From assembly GCA_965203265.1 (NCBI GenBank), contig CBDBBV010000002.1:49299-113298 (forward strand): a DNA stretch of 64,000 nt, read 5' to 3'. The DNA comes from Candidatus Poriferihabitaceae bacterium (GTDB lineage: Bacteria > Pseudomonadota > Gammaproteobacteria > Arenicellales > Poriferihabitantaceae). How positions within the stretch are numbered: position 1 is the first letter of the stretch; each line of letters opens with the position of its first letter. The notes beneath the pieces were generated by a model. That model was not told where the DNA came from. It saw nothing but the letters and a program-made list of their open reading frames with translations, and did no database searches. The position numbers and the translations under genes are program-made. This document shows positions 9,076 to 17,968 of this stretch, piece after piece.

Positions 9076-9939
9076 TTACAGGTCGATTTCCGTCCACAGC
9101 GGGAAATGATCCGAACCGACTGCGTCTTCGTCCACGCGACTGCCGCGCACCCGCGACGCCAGCGAATGGCTGACGAAGCAGTAGTCCAGCCGCGCCGGTT
9201 TGCCGTTGACATCGCTGGTAAAACCGGCAGCGGCGGCGGCGGGGTTGGCGGCGCACCACGCATCGACGAAGCCGCAGGGATTGGCAATGCGCCCGCCGTA
9301 GTCGCTCACCGGCCCGACCACGAGATCGTATTCGCGCGAATCCGGCTGGAAGTTGAAGTCGCCCAACAGGATGGCCTCTTGCGGCACCGTTTGCGAGCCG
9401 GCGCGATCGGCCCAGTCGAAGGCGGCCAGATCGCCGCACACCGGCGTGCCCTCGAAGGCGGCGTTGCGGTGGATGGCGAGTAGTTGTTCGACCTGCGGCA
9501 GGCGGGTGGCGGCGGATAGGTGGGTGAGATGGATGGAATACAGGCGCAACGGGCGGCCGTTGATCTCCACCATCGCCTCGAGGGCCGAGCGCTGGATGCT
9601 GAGGGGGCCGGTGCTGGCGTATTTGGGTAGGAGATGATGGCGGGCATATTGAATCGGTTGGCGGCTGAGCAACATGTTGCCGAACTGCCGCCGGGTGTTG
9701 TTTGCCGGTGAACTACCGGGTACATGCAAGTCCACGCCGCCGCCGTATACCCAGAAGTGATCGGGTAGGTGGTTGGCGATGGCTTGGGCTTGATCTTGGT
9801 GGTCGTTGCAGGGGGATACTCGTTCCACTTCCTGTAGGGCGATGATGTCGGCGCCGGTGATCTCGGCGACTATGCGGTCGAGGTCGCGGCGGTCGTCTTG
9901 GCCGAGTGTGTAGCGGATGTTGTAGGTTAGGAATTTCAT
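9076..9939 (-). CDS. Endonuclease/exonuclease/phosphatase (EEP) family protein
   Basis: MKFLTYNIRY..DIIALQEV..LLGDFN..GSDHFPLWTEIDL follow the order and spacing of EEP catalytic motifs. Confidence 0.8.
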   Translation of the reverse strand: MKFLTYNIRYTLGQDDRRDLDRIVAEITGADIIALQEVERVSPCNDHQDQAQAIANHLPDHFWVYGGGVDLHVPGSSPANNTRRQFGNMLLSRQPIQYARHHLLPKYASTGPLSIQRSALEAMVEINGRPLRLYSIHLTHLSAATRLPQVEQLLAIHRNAAFEGTPVCGDLAAFDWADRAGSQTVPQEAILLGDFNFQPDSREYDLVVGPVSDYGGRIANPCGFVDAWCAANPAAAAAGFTSDVNGKPARLDYCFVSHSLASRVRGSRVDEDAVGSDHFPLWTEIDL

Positions 9940-9951
9940 TTGGGTTGTTGC

Positions 9952-12483
9952 TCAGGGTTGTAGGAGTTCGCCGACCTGTTCGCGCCAAGTGTCTTCAAAC
10001 AATATTTTGAAAGTAGCCTCGGGCGGTTCGCTGATATGCCAGTCGCCGCGTTCGATTGCGGTTGTGTAGATATGCTCCAGATTGGCGAATAGTTTCTCCT
10101 TGTAGTCCGTGTCCGGGTTGATGCTCAAGTGGTTACCCTTCGTTTCCAGAATGAAAAGCCGCCCGTCTTCCCGCCGACACGCCACGAAGTCGGGACAGAC
10201 GCGATGCCGCTGCCAACCTTGTAGTGCGTACTCCCGCCGCGCGGCGACCCGGTGCCACCAATTGATGGCTGTGTGGGTGTCCAGATATAGCGCGAAATCT
10301 TTTTCCAGATTGTTGAGGCCGATTTCGTACACCGGACGGAACAAACTGCGTTGAACCGGCAGTTTGTTCCCCCCGCCACCGGCGGCGACTTCGAGGGTCT
10401 GGCCTAGTTCGTAGTTCAGCTGCTCGTCGGTCTCGAGGTGAAAGCGAATTTCATTGCGCCCGACCTTGTCGTGGAACACTTTTTCGGCGCTTTTGTTCAG
10501 CGCCTTGCCGATGCGCTTTTGCAACACATCGGACAGATAGATTCGATTGTGTAGGAGTTGTTTTTCGTTTTGTTCGGTGCGCCGATGAGCCTGTAGGAAG
10601 TCATCCGCCATGCGCGCCGCCTGCCACGGATTGGGCACCGTGTCTTTCAGTCGCCGCACGAAATAGTCCAGAGTTGCTTGTTCGCCGGTTTCCATGTCTT
10701 CGGAAACTGTGTTGCGTTGCCCGTGCAAATCGACGGTAACTTGATTCCTTTGCACGATGTCGTGGTCGTCCAGCTGAACCGCGCCGCCGCCATCGATCTC
10801 GTCCCAATCCACCGCGCCCAATATGTCGCGGTCGTAGTCGAGGAGACGCCAGCCGCGCCCGGCCTTGTGCAACACCTGCGGGAGGAAAATCTTCAGCCCC
10901 TTGTACGGGTTGCGGCGCCGCGCGATATCCACCTGCGGCGCATCGTCCACGCCGTCCCCCACGCCGCGCACGGGATCGCCGAGTCCGGTCAATCCCTCTT
11001 TTTCCAGCCCGGCTTTCACCTGCTTCACCGCCTCGCTCACATCCTGATTGCGGCAGAATATGAAGCACCGGTTCAGCGCCTCGCTCCCCTTTATCCTGCG
11101 AACATGCGGCTGGCGCATGACCCGCCCGACCATCTGCGTCATCGTGGTGGGCGCGCGGGTGGTGTCGAGCAATGCGAGTAGATAGGCGAAGGAGCAATCC
11201 CAACCTTCCTTGAGGGCGTCTTTGGTGATAATCCAGCGTACCGAGCTGTACTCGCTCAGCAAGTCTTCGCCCGCCAGTTCCCGTTGTTCCGAGGATTGAA
11301 TGCGTATCTCGCGCTCCGGCACGGCGAGATTGCGGATCAGGTATTTCTTGGCGTCCTCCGCATGGACGGTTGCCCGATCTCGTTGCGCGCTGCCGGTGTG
11401 CTGTACGCGCACCACGGCGATGGGGCGGATGTAGCGGTTTTCTTTTGCTTGCAAGTCTTTTGCCTGTTCCGTCAGCTGTTGCAGTTTCTCGTGAGTCGCG
11501 GCAAGGGTATTCTTCCAATCGGAATTGCTGAGATTGTGAATCTCGATGGGCAGTTTGATCATCTCCTCATCGCGCAGTTCGCTGCCCGATATGTTGACCA
11601 AGATGTTGCTTATGCCGATTCGCGGCGTGGCAGATAGTTCCAGCACCAAGCGGGGGTTCAGGCGGTTGACCGACTTGACGAATTCCCGATTGTTGGCATC
11701 GTTGGTGCCATATGCTTTATGCGCCTCGTCGAGAATCACCGTGGGGCGAACCATCTTCAGCACATTGAACAGACTCTGCTTCATGCAATCGCCGGATTCG
11801 TGTTGCTCCAAGTCGGGATGTTTCGTAGCAAGTTCCGCATTGGCGTTCGCATCATCCTGCTGCGGGAAAAATGAAGCGTATCCGCCGCTATCGCGAAATA
11901 TCTTGAGAAATTCCTTGTTCTTTTGCCGATTCGCGGACGGCAACATCAACATCATCACGCATAGATAACTGTCAACATCCTGCTTGGTGAACCGATCTTT
12001 TTTCTCCAATAGTTTGAACCGTCCGCCGGACATCCGCTCGAACATCTGCCGATAAGGGTGTTCGCGAGTGCGGAATGCCTTGATGGTCTGCTCGTAGATC
12101 GCCGTGGTCGGCACCATCCACAACACGAACCCCGTACCCCCCGCCACAACCCGCTCCAACGCGGCCACGCCGAGGAGGGTTTTGCCGCCGCCGGTGGGTA
12201 CTTTCAAGCAGGCGTGGGGGATGGGGGCGCCGGAGGCGTCATCTCGGTCGATGTGGTTGGGAGTTTGGGGGGTTCCGTCTTGGGTAATGCTGGGGAGAAG
12301 GTTTTTGCTTCTCAGATTTTCCCATGCGGCGCGCGGAAAATTCTCAACGCTTGGAGAAGTTTCTCTTCCCCGTTCTGCGAGAATTTCCCGTAACTCGTCT
12401 CTTTCAGCTATTGCTTCTTTGAGTGTTTCAAGCCATCGGTCGAGTTGTTCGAGGGTGGTTTGTTGATAGTCTTTGAGTTGCAT
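9952..12483 (-). CDS. res: Type III restriction enzyme Res subunit (SF2 helicase plus C-terminal PD-(D/E)xK nuclease)
   Basis: KVPTGGGKT (motif I), VILDEAH (DEAH, motif II), LELSATP (motif III), QMVGRVMR (motif VI-like). The C-terminal CPDFVACRR..LFILETKG fits the PD..(D/E)xK pattern. Confidence 0.85.
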   Translation of the reverse strand: MQLKDYQQTTLEQLDRWLETLKEAIAERDELREILAERGRETSPSVENFPRAAWENLRSKNLLPSITQDGTPQTPNHIDRDDASGAPIPHACLKVPTGGGKTLLGVAALERVVAGGTGFVLWMVPTTAIYEQTIKAFRTREHPYRQMFERMSGGRFKLLEKKDRFTKQDVDSYLCVMMLMLPSANRQKNKEFLKIFRDSGGYASFFPQQDDANANAELATKHPDLEQHESGDCMKQSLFNVLKMVRPTVILDEAHKAYGTNDANNREFVKSVNRLNPRLVLELSATPRIGISNILVNISGSELRDEEMIKLPIEIHNLSNSDWKNTLAATHEKLQQLTEQAKDLQAKENRYIRPIAVVRVQHTGSAQRDRATVHAEDAKKYLIRNLAVPEREIRIQSSEQRELAGEDLLSEYSSVRWIITKDALKEGWDCSFAYLLALLDTTRAPTTMTQMVGRVMRQPHVRRIKGSEALNRCFIFCRNQDVSEAVKQVKAGLEKEGLTGLGDPVRGVGDGVDDAPQVDIARRRNPYKGLKIFLPQVLHKAGRGWRLLDYDRDILGAVDWDEIDGGGAVQLDDHDIVQRNQVTVDLHGQRNTVSEDMETGEQATLDYFVRRLKDTVPNPWQAARMADDFLQAHRRTEQNEKQLLHNRIYLSDVLQKRIGKALNKSAEKVFHDKVGRNEIRFHLETDEQLNYELGQTLEVAAGGGGNKLPVQRSLFRPVYEIGLNNLEKDFALYLDTHTAINWWHRVAARREYALQGWQRHRVCPDFVACRREDGRLFILETKGNHLSINPDTDYKEKLFANLEHIYTTAIERGDWHISEPPEATFKILFEDTWREQVGELLQP

Positions 12484-12504
12484 TGGTTGTGTTTGTTTCG
12501 GTTG

Positions 12505-13821
12505 TCAGGAGTGGTCGGTTGATTGCTCGACTTCCAATTCGCTGTTCGCTGTTTTTATCCACCGTTCCCAGTTTGCAAACTCCTTAGCCTTAGGGCCTAG
12601 TATTACTTTCTGTAACCGAAGTTGATCTGGTGCTTCCATATAGAAACGGGGTGGAATTTTATCACTATCTACCTTTATATCTTCTGGTAGTTCATCATCG
12701 AAATGACGGATTTTTAATATCCGTAATTCTTTTTCATGCTGGTACTCATTAGCCTTGAAAAGAAATCGAATTTCATCCAGTATCTCTCTGGCCAAGAGGT
12801 GATCAGGGTTTTTGTTATCCCATTTATCCCATCTAATTTTACCTAGTATTTCTGGCAATTTGTCTAATTCGACTGATAGAGCTTCAGACTTCATATCGTC
12901 CTCGTAAGCCATTTCATAGATATATGCTTTCTGTGCTGGGGCGGATGGAGCACTGGAATTTTCACTTTTTTCTGGAAGCATGGTATCTAATTCATGTGGC
13001 CAACGTGTTGAAAATTGACTTATATCAAAGTGCAAGCAAGCGCCGTCACTCCCTTGCGATGTATGCTTACCATAGTCACCCCAGTGATCAACTCCTACGG
13101 AACTAAAACTGCCTACGAAAGCTGGAGAACGTGTACTCTCAGACAAAAAAACTTTGGTTTCTCCGTCTTTGTTCAAGAGTTCGGATTTTTCTAACCGTGC
13201 TAACAATGTTGTTCCTTCCGTTGGATCATTCATATACACGACATTATAAAAACGAAAAGATTCTTTCTGAATTAATGATCTTAATGAATTCAAATTAGTA
13301 TAGTGAGAGACTATTGGTGAGTTTTTCGATCTATCATAAAAACGTGATCTCTTAATATTGACGGTAATTTCGTAAAGTTTGACTAAGTGTGGGAGCATTT
13401 TAGTTGAATATATTTTTGATGCAATATAGCAAAGAGAATCTTCTACTTTTAGTCTTGGATTAGCAGAATTGGCTTTGCGATAACATTCTAGTGATTTCCC
13501 ATGTTCCCCATTTAGATAATAGATATATCCAAGCATTCTATGTGCATCATAACTATAAGGTATTAGAATTTTTATTTTTCGAATGTCATTTATCGCAAGA
13601 TTGTAGTTATACTCCATTACGTGCGCAATTCCCCTAAAATAGTAAATATCTGCCTTTATGCTGGATGTGATTGATAAATCGTTTTCTGCTAGTAGCGAAG
13701 CACGATCGCATACTTTAATGACTTGATCCCATTCATTATCTTTGTGGAATCTTTGCGCTTCCTCAAGAAGTTCTCTTACTTTTTGCAAATTTTCAGATTC
13801 TTCCACCATAACCCTACCCAT
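12505..13821 (-). CDS. TPR-repeat / DUF2971-domain protein (paralogue B, 438 aa)
   Basis: The N-terminal ~150 aa are helical TPR-like repeats (..ADIYYFRGIAHVMEYNYNLAINDIRK..AHRMLGYIYYLNGEHGKSLECYRKA..). These are followed by VSHYTNLNSLRSLIQKESFRFYNVVYMNDPTEG, AFVGSFSS, GACLHFD, IYEMAYED and YQHEKELRILK, which I recognise as the DUF2971 (PF11185) motif pattern. AT-rich. The start overlaps the mod-remnant ORF by 8 nt. Confidence 0.75.
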   Translation of the reverse strand: MGRVMVEESENLQKVRELLEEAQRFHKDNEWDQVIKVCDRASLLAENDLSITSSIKADIYYFRGIAHVMEYNYNLAINDIRKIKILIPYSYDAHRMLGYIYYLNGEHGKSLECYRKANSANPRLKVEDSLCYIASKIYSTKMLPHLVKLYEITVNIKRSRFYDRSKNSPIVSHYTNLNSLRSLIQKESFRFYNVVYMNDPTEGTTLLARLEKSELLNKDGETKVFLSESTRSPAFVGSFSSVGVDHWGDYGKHTSQGSDGACLHFDISQFSTRWPHELDTMLPEKSENSSAPSAPAQKAYIYEMAYEDDMKSEALSVELDKLPEILGKIRWDKWDNKNPDHLLAREILDEIRFLFKANEYQHEKELRILKIRHFDDELPEDIKVDSDKIPPRFYMEAPDQLRLQKVILGPKAKEFANWERWIKTANSELEVEQSTDHS

Positions 13822-14107
13822 TCACACAATAAGGCAACTGACAAAACACAACCCCCATCCCCGACAACTTTTTCTGCCCCATGAATTTATGCACAGCGAA
13901 AACAACCGCCGTCTTCCCCTTCCTCCCCGCCTGTTTGGCGATGCGTTCGGCGCGGTCGCCATCCACCGGTTTCTTGTCATCAATCCACGCCTTCATCCGT
14001 GCACCGTTCGCGTCCACCCGCAAAGTCCGCGAGGGGGCAGTCAGATGGTGCACAGCAACAATCTGCTTCCCCTTGGGTTTCAATGTCGGCATCGGCTTCT
14101 GCTTCAT
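13814..14107 (-). pseudogene. Internally deleted remnant of a Type III mod gene
   Basis: The 97-aa ORF is MKQKPMPTLKPKGKQIVAVHHLTAPSRTLRVDA-NGAR-MKAWIDDKKPVDG-DRAERIAKQAGRKGKTAVVFAVHKFMGQKKLSGMGVVFCQLPYCVNG. It aligns to the N terminus (MPTLEFKGKQIVYAHHLTVPSRALKVDA), the QMQVWLKDKNPVDG stretch and the C terminus (VDGDRAERISKQARSKKKTAVVFATHKFMGQKELSGMGVVFSQLPYCVNG) of the full Mod at 16059..17789. It lacks the DPPY and FAGSGTT catalytic motifs. Confidence 0.75.
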
Positions 14108-14378
14108 TCAGTCTGTTACAACCACACCACGCTTCCCCGGAAAACCCCAACGCTCCACAAGCACACACGCCGCAGTTCCCGCCAAGCGGCCTTTATACTG
14201 CACTAATCGAGTGCGGCGCAAGGGCAGGGGGATGATCGGGCATTCGAGGCGGGCGCGGGTGGGCTGATTTGCCCCGGCTTGGATGGCGTTAAGTGGGGCA
14301 TTTTGTTTTTTCAGGGTGTTCCATGTAGCGATTGGCCGTTTTCTCGCCGTTCATCTGGGTTTGTTTGGGTGTAGCCAG

Positions 14379-14429
14379 CTAGCGGTTGGGTTGTTCCAGG
14401 GTGGTTTGTTGATAGTCTTTGAGTTGCAT
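14379..14429 (-). pseudogene. 5' stump of a second res gene (16 codons then stop)
   Basis: The minus strand reads ATGCAACTCAAAGACTATCAACAAACCACCCTGGAACAA.. = MQLKDYQQTTLEQPNR*. The first ~36 nt are identical to the start of res at 12483 apart from one synonymous change (CTG for CTC). Weaker similarity continues for about 30-60 nt further. The upstream spacer to the preceding TPR-DUF2971 stop is also homologous in both copies. Confidence 0.7.
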
Positions 14430-14446
14430 TGTGTGCGTCTCGGTTG

Positions 14447-16066
14447 TTAGGAGTAGTCGCTGGTGTATGGAATTTTTGATTGTTTGACTTTCAAGTCGCT
14501 GTTCTCCGTTTTTATCCACTCCTTCCAGCCTGCAAATGCCTTGACCTGAGGGCCTAGTATCACTTTCTTTAATTGCAGTTGATCTGATACTTCCATATAA
14601 AAACGTGGTGGAAATCTATCAATATCCACTTTGACATCTTCTGGTAGTTCATCGTTAAAATTTTGAATCTTCACTATCCGTAATTCTTCTTCTTCCCGAT
14701 AATGATCTTCCTTGAACAAAAATCTGATTTCATCCAGCATGCTTCTGGCTAATTTCTTCTCATCCAGTTCTCCATTTCTAATAATGTTGTCTAGTTTTTC
14801 CGTCAATATCATCAGTATATCCTTCAACTTTCCTCGTTTGAAATTCTCAATCCCGCTCTTGTAAACGATTTCGTATATGCAATCTCCTTGTAATTTTTGA
14901 AATTCAATGTTGCTTTGTTGGTGTCCTTTTAAAGAAGTTTCATCCAATTTCATTGCATCTAATTCCATTGGAGGGTCCCCCGAAAAATTGCGTATGCTAA
15001 AGCAAAGGCACGCGCCGTTCGCTTCCTGTCCCTCATGTCTTCCGTGAGTGCGCCAGAGAAAAAGTTTTTCATCGTCAAGTGGATTGCCTGGTTTTATCTG
15101 TACAAAGCTGCCCACATAAGCTGGGGAACGTGCGCCTTTAGACAAAAAATCTTTTGTTTCCCCATTATTGCCTGATAACCCGTTTTCTATGAACCAGTCC
15201 AGCAGTGTTTTCCCTTCCTCTGGGTCGTTCATATAAGCCGCATTATAAAGACGGAATGGTTCCCTCGGGTTTTTCGGCACCAATTTTTTTACCGAAGATA
15301 AATTAGTATAGTGTGCTATGAATTTCGATTTTTTTGACGATTTACGAATAAGTTCTTTCTTGATATCTAGAACTGACGAGGCAAGTGAATACAAATCTGA
15401 GAACATATCTGCCGAATCAAGTTTAGATGCTATATAACAACCTATATCTCTTGATTTTAATTCTTGATCAATATCATTAGCGTTACGGTAATGCGTTAGT
15501 GCTTCTTTATCATTTTCACCTTTTATCAATAAAAGTAATCCAAAATCGCAAAGTATTTCTGTGTTTTCGGGTTCTAGTTTTAGCGCTTCTTTAAGATTTT
15601 CTCTTGCAGGATTGTGAAATTTGTCTGTGCGATCAGAGTCCCTTTTATTATTATATACCAATACGATTCTAAGGTATGCCAATCCTAGTCTATGATAGAT
15701 TTTCTTATCACCAGCAGAAAGGTTCTTGAATTTAGTGAAATTTTCTTCTGCGCATTCATCCTTTCCATTACAGGCATGTTCGATTCCTAGGAAGAGATAT
15801 AAATCGGCACGTTCGGGCTGAAGCTCTATCGCATCTTTTAGATTTTTTGCTGCAGTCTCATGATCTCCCTTATAGGCGTATGCGAATCCTCGAAGTTCGT
15901 GAAATAGTACCTTTATTTCTGGCCGTACTGATGGGTTTTCCTTCGCTTTTTGCAAATAATGGGTGCATTTCTTAATGAGTTTGCCACATTTTTTTTCACG
16001 GTAAAGGTTAAGAAGATATTGTATCTCTTCCGAATTTTTGTAATTTTCCACCATAACCCTACCCAT
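14447..16066 (-). CDS. TPR-repeat / DUF2971-domain protein (paralogue A, 539 aa)
   Basis: It has the same MGRVMVE start as paralogue B and a longer TPR array (..FHELRGFAYAYKGDHETAAKNLKDAIELQPERADLYLFLGIEHACNGK..YHRLGLAYLRIV..ALKLEPENTEILCDFGLLLL..). The DUF2971 pattern follows: IAHYTNLSSVKKLVPKNPREPFRLYNAAYMNDPEEG, AYVGSFVQ, GACLCFS, IYEIVYKS, HYREEEELRIVK. The start overlaps the mod stop by 8 nt. Confidence 0.75.
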   Translation of the reverse strand: MGRVMVENYKNSEEIQYLLNLYREKKCGKLIKKCTHYLQKAKENPSVRPEIKVLFHELRGFAYAYKGDHETAAKNLKDAIELQPERADLYLFLGIEHACNGKDECAEENFTKFKNLSAGDKKIYHRLGLAYLRIVLVYNNKRDSDRTDKFHNPARENLKEALKLEPENTEILCDFGLLLLIKGENDKEALTHYRNANDIDQELKSRDIGCYIASKLDSADMFSDLYSLASSVLDIKKELIRKSSKKSKFIAHYTNLSSVKKLVPKNPREPFRLYNAAYMNDPEEGKTLLDWFIENGLSGNNGETKDFLSKGARSPAYVGSFVQIKPGNPLDDEKLFLWRTHGRHEGQEANGACLCFSIRNFSGDPPMELDAMKLDETSLKGHQQSNIEFQKLQGDCIYEIVYKSGIENFKRGKLKDILMILTEKLDNIIRNGELDEKKLARSMLDEIRFLFKEDHYREEEELRIVKIQNFNDELPEDVKVDIDRFPPRFYMEVSDQLQLKKVILGPQVKAFAGWKEWIKTENSDLKVKQSKIPYTSDYS

Positions 16067-17789
16067 TCACACAATAAGGCAACTGACTAAACACAACCCC
16101 CATCCCCGACAACTCTTTCTGCCCCATGAATTTATGCGTAGCGAAAACAACCGCCGTTTTCTTCTTACTCCGTGCCTGCTTGGAGATGCGTTCGGCGCGG
16201 TCGCCGTCCACGGCGGATTTGTTGCTGCGCAGGAATTCGAGGGTCGGTTCATAGACCAGATAATACAGGCGATCTTCGGTTTCGTGGAAGAACCCGTCCT
16301 GACTCTTTGTCTTGCGGATTTTGTTCGGCGATTGGCCGGTTGCCGTGTAGATGAGATGGTGGGCGAGGGTGTCCCAGTCCGGTAGGTTTTCGCCGCTCAG
16401 CATTTTCTCGATGCTGATTTCCTTGCCCAAACCGCAATAGGCGAAACTGCCGCCCAACCCGTTTTGCAATTTTTCGTCTCTGGCTTTCGGCACGCCCCGA
16501 ATTACTCGGCGGACGCGCTCGGCGGTGATTTTGTCGGCGTATTTTTCGCACTCCACGAGGATGAATTTGCGGTTGCCGCCGTCTTCCTTGTTCAAGGCGA
16601 GTACGGCGTGCGCGGTTGTGCCGGAGCCGGCGAAGGAGTCGAGAATGATGCTTTCCTTGTCGGTAACTGCTTCAAAGATGCGTTGCAGAATTCGTTCGTC
16701 CTTCGGGTAATCGAATGCAAATTCACCAAGAATGCTTTTCAACCTTTTATGAGCAGATCGGCGATCTTGATAAATAACGCTATTCAAAACTTGTGAATCC
16801 GTTTTGTGAAGATAGCGCTTCAAATTTGGAACGCTACTTTCATCTTTTCCAAAATAAACACGCCCATCTTGTATGGCGGCAAGCATTTTCTCCTCCGTGG
16901 AGAATACCCATCCTCTGGCTGGCTTTTTAACAGCTTTTTTCGTGTCAGGATGCAACACCTGATATGTTGGCCCTCCGCCACCCGGCCACGATATATCACC
17001 CGGAAAAAATATTCCCTTCTCATCGACCATATCGTAATGTCTATGTTGCCAAGCAGGATCGTTCTTGTTCAGAGACGAAAACCACTTTTGAAGTTTTTCG
17101 GATATTGATTTGTAATCAGTTCCGCATTCAGTTTCCAGTTTCTTTACCTTTTCGTATATTTTGTCTAACCCTCTTTTCAATACGCGCCATCTTTTCTTGT
17201 TCACTTTAAGATCATCAAAATTCTTGGCATACACAAGAATGTAATCTTGCGCAATGGAAATAAATCTTGAATCATTTTTTCCAGTTCCTTCCCACACAAA
17301 AGCGCCAACAAAATTATCCTCCCCAAAAATCTCATCCATAACCATCCGCAACCGATGCTGCTCATTATCATCAATCGAAACGAAAATCACCCCATCCTCG
17401 GCCAGCAACTCTCGCAACAACTGCAACCTCGGCCAAATCATACACAGCCATTTATCATGCCGCTCCAAATCCTCGCCATCCACCGGATTCTTATCCTTGA
17501 GCCACACCTGCATCTGATCACTGTTCACATTGTCGTTGTACACCCAACCCTCGTTGCCGGTGTTGTAGGGCGGATCGATATAAATGCAATTCACCCGCCC
17601 ACCATAACGCGGCAACAACGCCTTGAGCGCATGCAGATTGTCGCCATGAATGATCAAATTCCCATCATCAGACGGCTTCGCACCCTTCGGCGGTAGCGAC
17701 TTCTTCGCATCCACCTTCAATGCCCGCGAAGGCACAGTCAAATGGTGCGCATAAACAATCTGCTTCCCCTTGAATTCCAGCGTCGGCAT
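16059..17789 (-). CDS. mod: Type III R-M DNA methyltransferase Mod (N6-adenine/N4-cytosine beta-class)
   Basis: NCIYIDPPYNTGNEGW (motif IV, DPPY) lies upstream of ILDSFAGSGTTAHAV (motif I, FxGxG). This order is typical of beta-class/Type III Mod, with a central variable region. 576 aa. Confidence 0.9.
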   Translation of the reverse strand: MPTLEFKGKQIVYAHHLTVPSRALKVDAKKSLPPKGAKPSDDGNLIIHGDNLHALKALLPRYGGRVNCIYIDPPYNTGNEGWVYNDNVNSDQMQVWLKDKNPVDGEDLERHDKWLCMIWPRLQLLRELLAEDGVIFVSIDDNEQHRLRMVMDEIFGEDNFVGAFVWEGTGKNDSRFISIAQDYILVYAKNFDDLKVNKKRWRVLKRGLDKIYEKVKKLETECGTDYKSISEKLQKWFSSLNKNDPAWQHRHYDMVDEKGIFFPGDISWPGGGGPTYQVLHPDTKKAVKKPARGWVFSTEEKMLAAIQDGRVYFGKDESSVPNLKRYLHKTDSQVLNSVIYQDRRSAHKRLKSILGEFAFDYPKDERILQRIFEAVTDKESIILDSFAGSGTTAHAVLALNKEDGGNRKFILVECEKYADKITAERVRRVIRGVPKARDEKLQNGLGGSFAYCGLGKEISIEKMLSGENLPDWDTLAHHLIYTATGQSPNKIRKTKSQDGFFHETEDRLYYLVYEPTLEFLRSNKSAVDGDRAERISKQARSKKKTAVVFATHKFMGQKELSGMGVVFSQLPYCVNG

Positions 17790-17886
17790 CGGCGTTCTAA
17801 CCCGTTCAGTCCTCTACAACCACCTCAAAATCACCCGAAAACCCCAGCACGCCATGAAATGCGCCGGGATTTCTACCATGGCGGGG

Positions 17887-17897
17887 TTATACTGCAC
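17887..17897 (-). promoter_or_regulatory. Conserved GTGCAGTATAA box about 100 nt upstream of mod; candidate -10 region
   Basis: The same box recurs at 14192-14203, at the same distance upstream of the mod remnant, within otherwise diverged homologous leader sequence. The promoter function is inferred only. Confidence 0.25.
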
Positions 17898-17968
17898 TGG
17901 ATGGGGGTTGTGCAAGGGTGGGAGGGGATTTTGGTGGGGGTTGGGGTATTTGGGTTGCATTGTGATTG

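Noticed and set aside
8979-9287. N-terminal 103-codon extension of the tpiA track ORF, overlapping the 3' end of the EEP gene
   Set aside because: The extension is not TpiA-like. It is proline/arginine-rich and overlaps a convincingly coding EEP gene in another frame.
13881-14267. Plus-strand ORFs (128 aa and 78 aa) in the spacer between the mod remnant and the res stump
   Set aside because: The region is homologous to the non-coding mod leader at 17790-17900 and to the decayed res 5' end. The ORFs are Arg/Ser/Pro-rich and lack start context.
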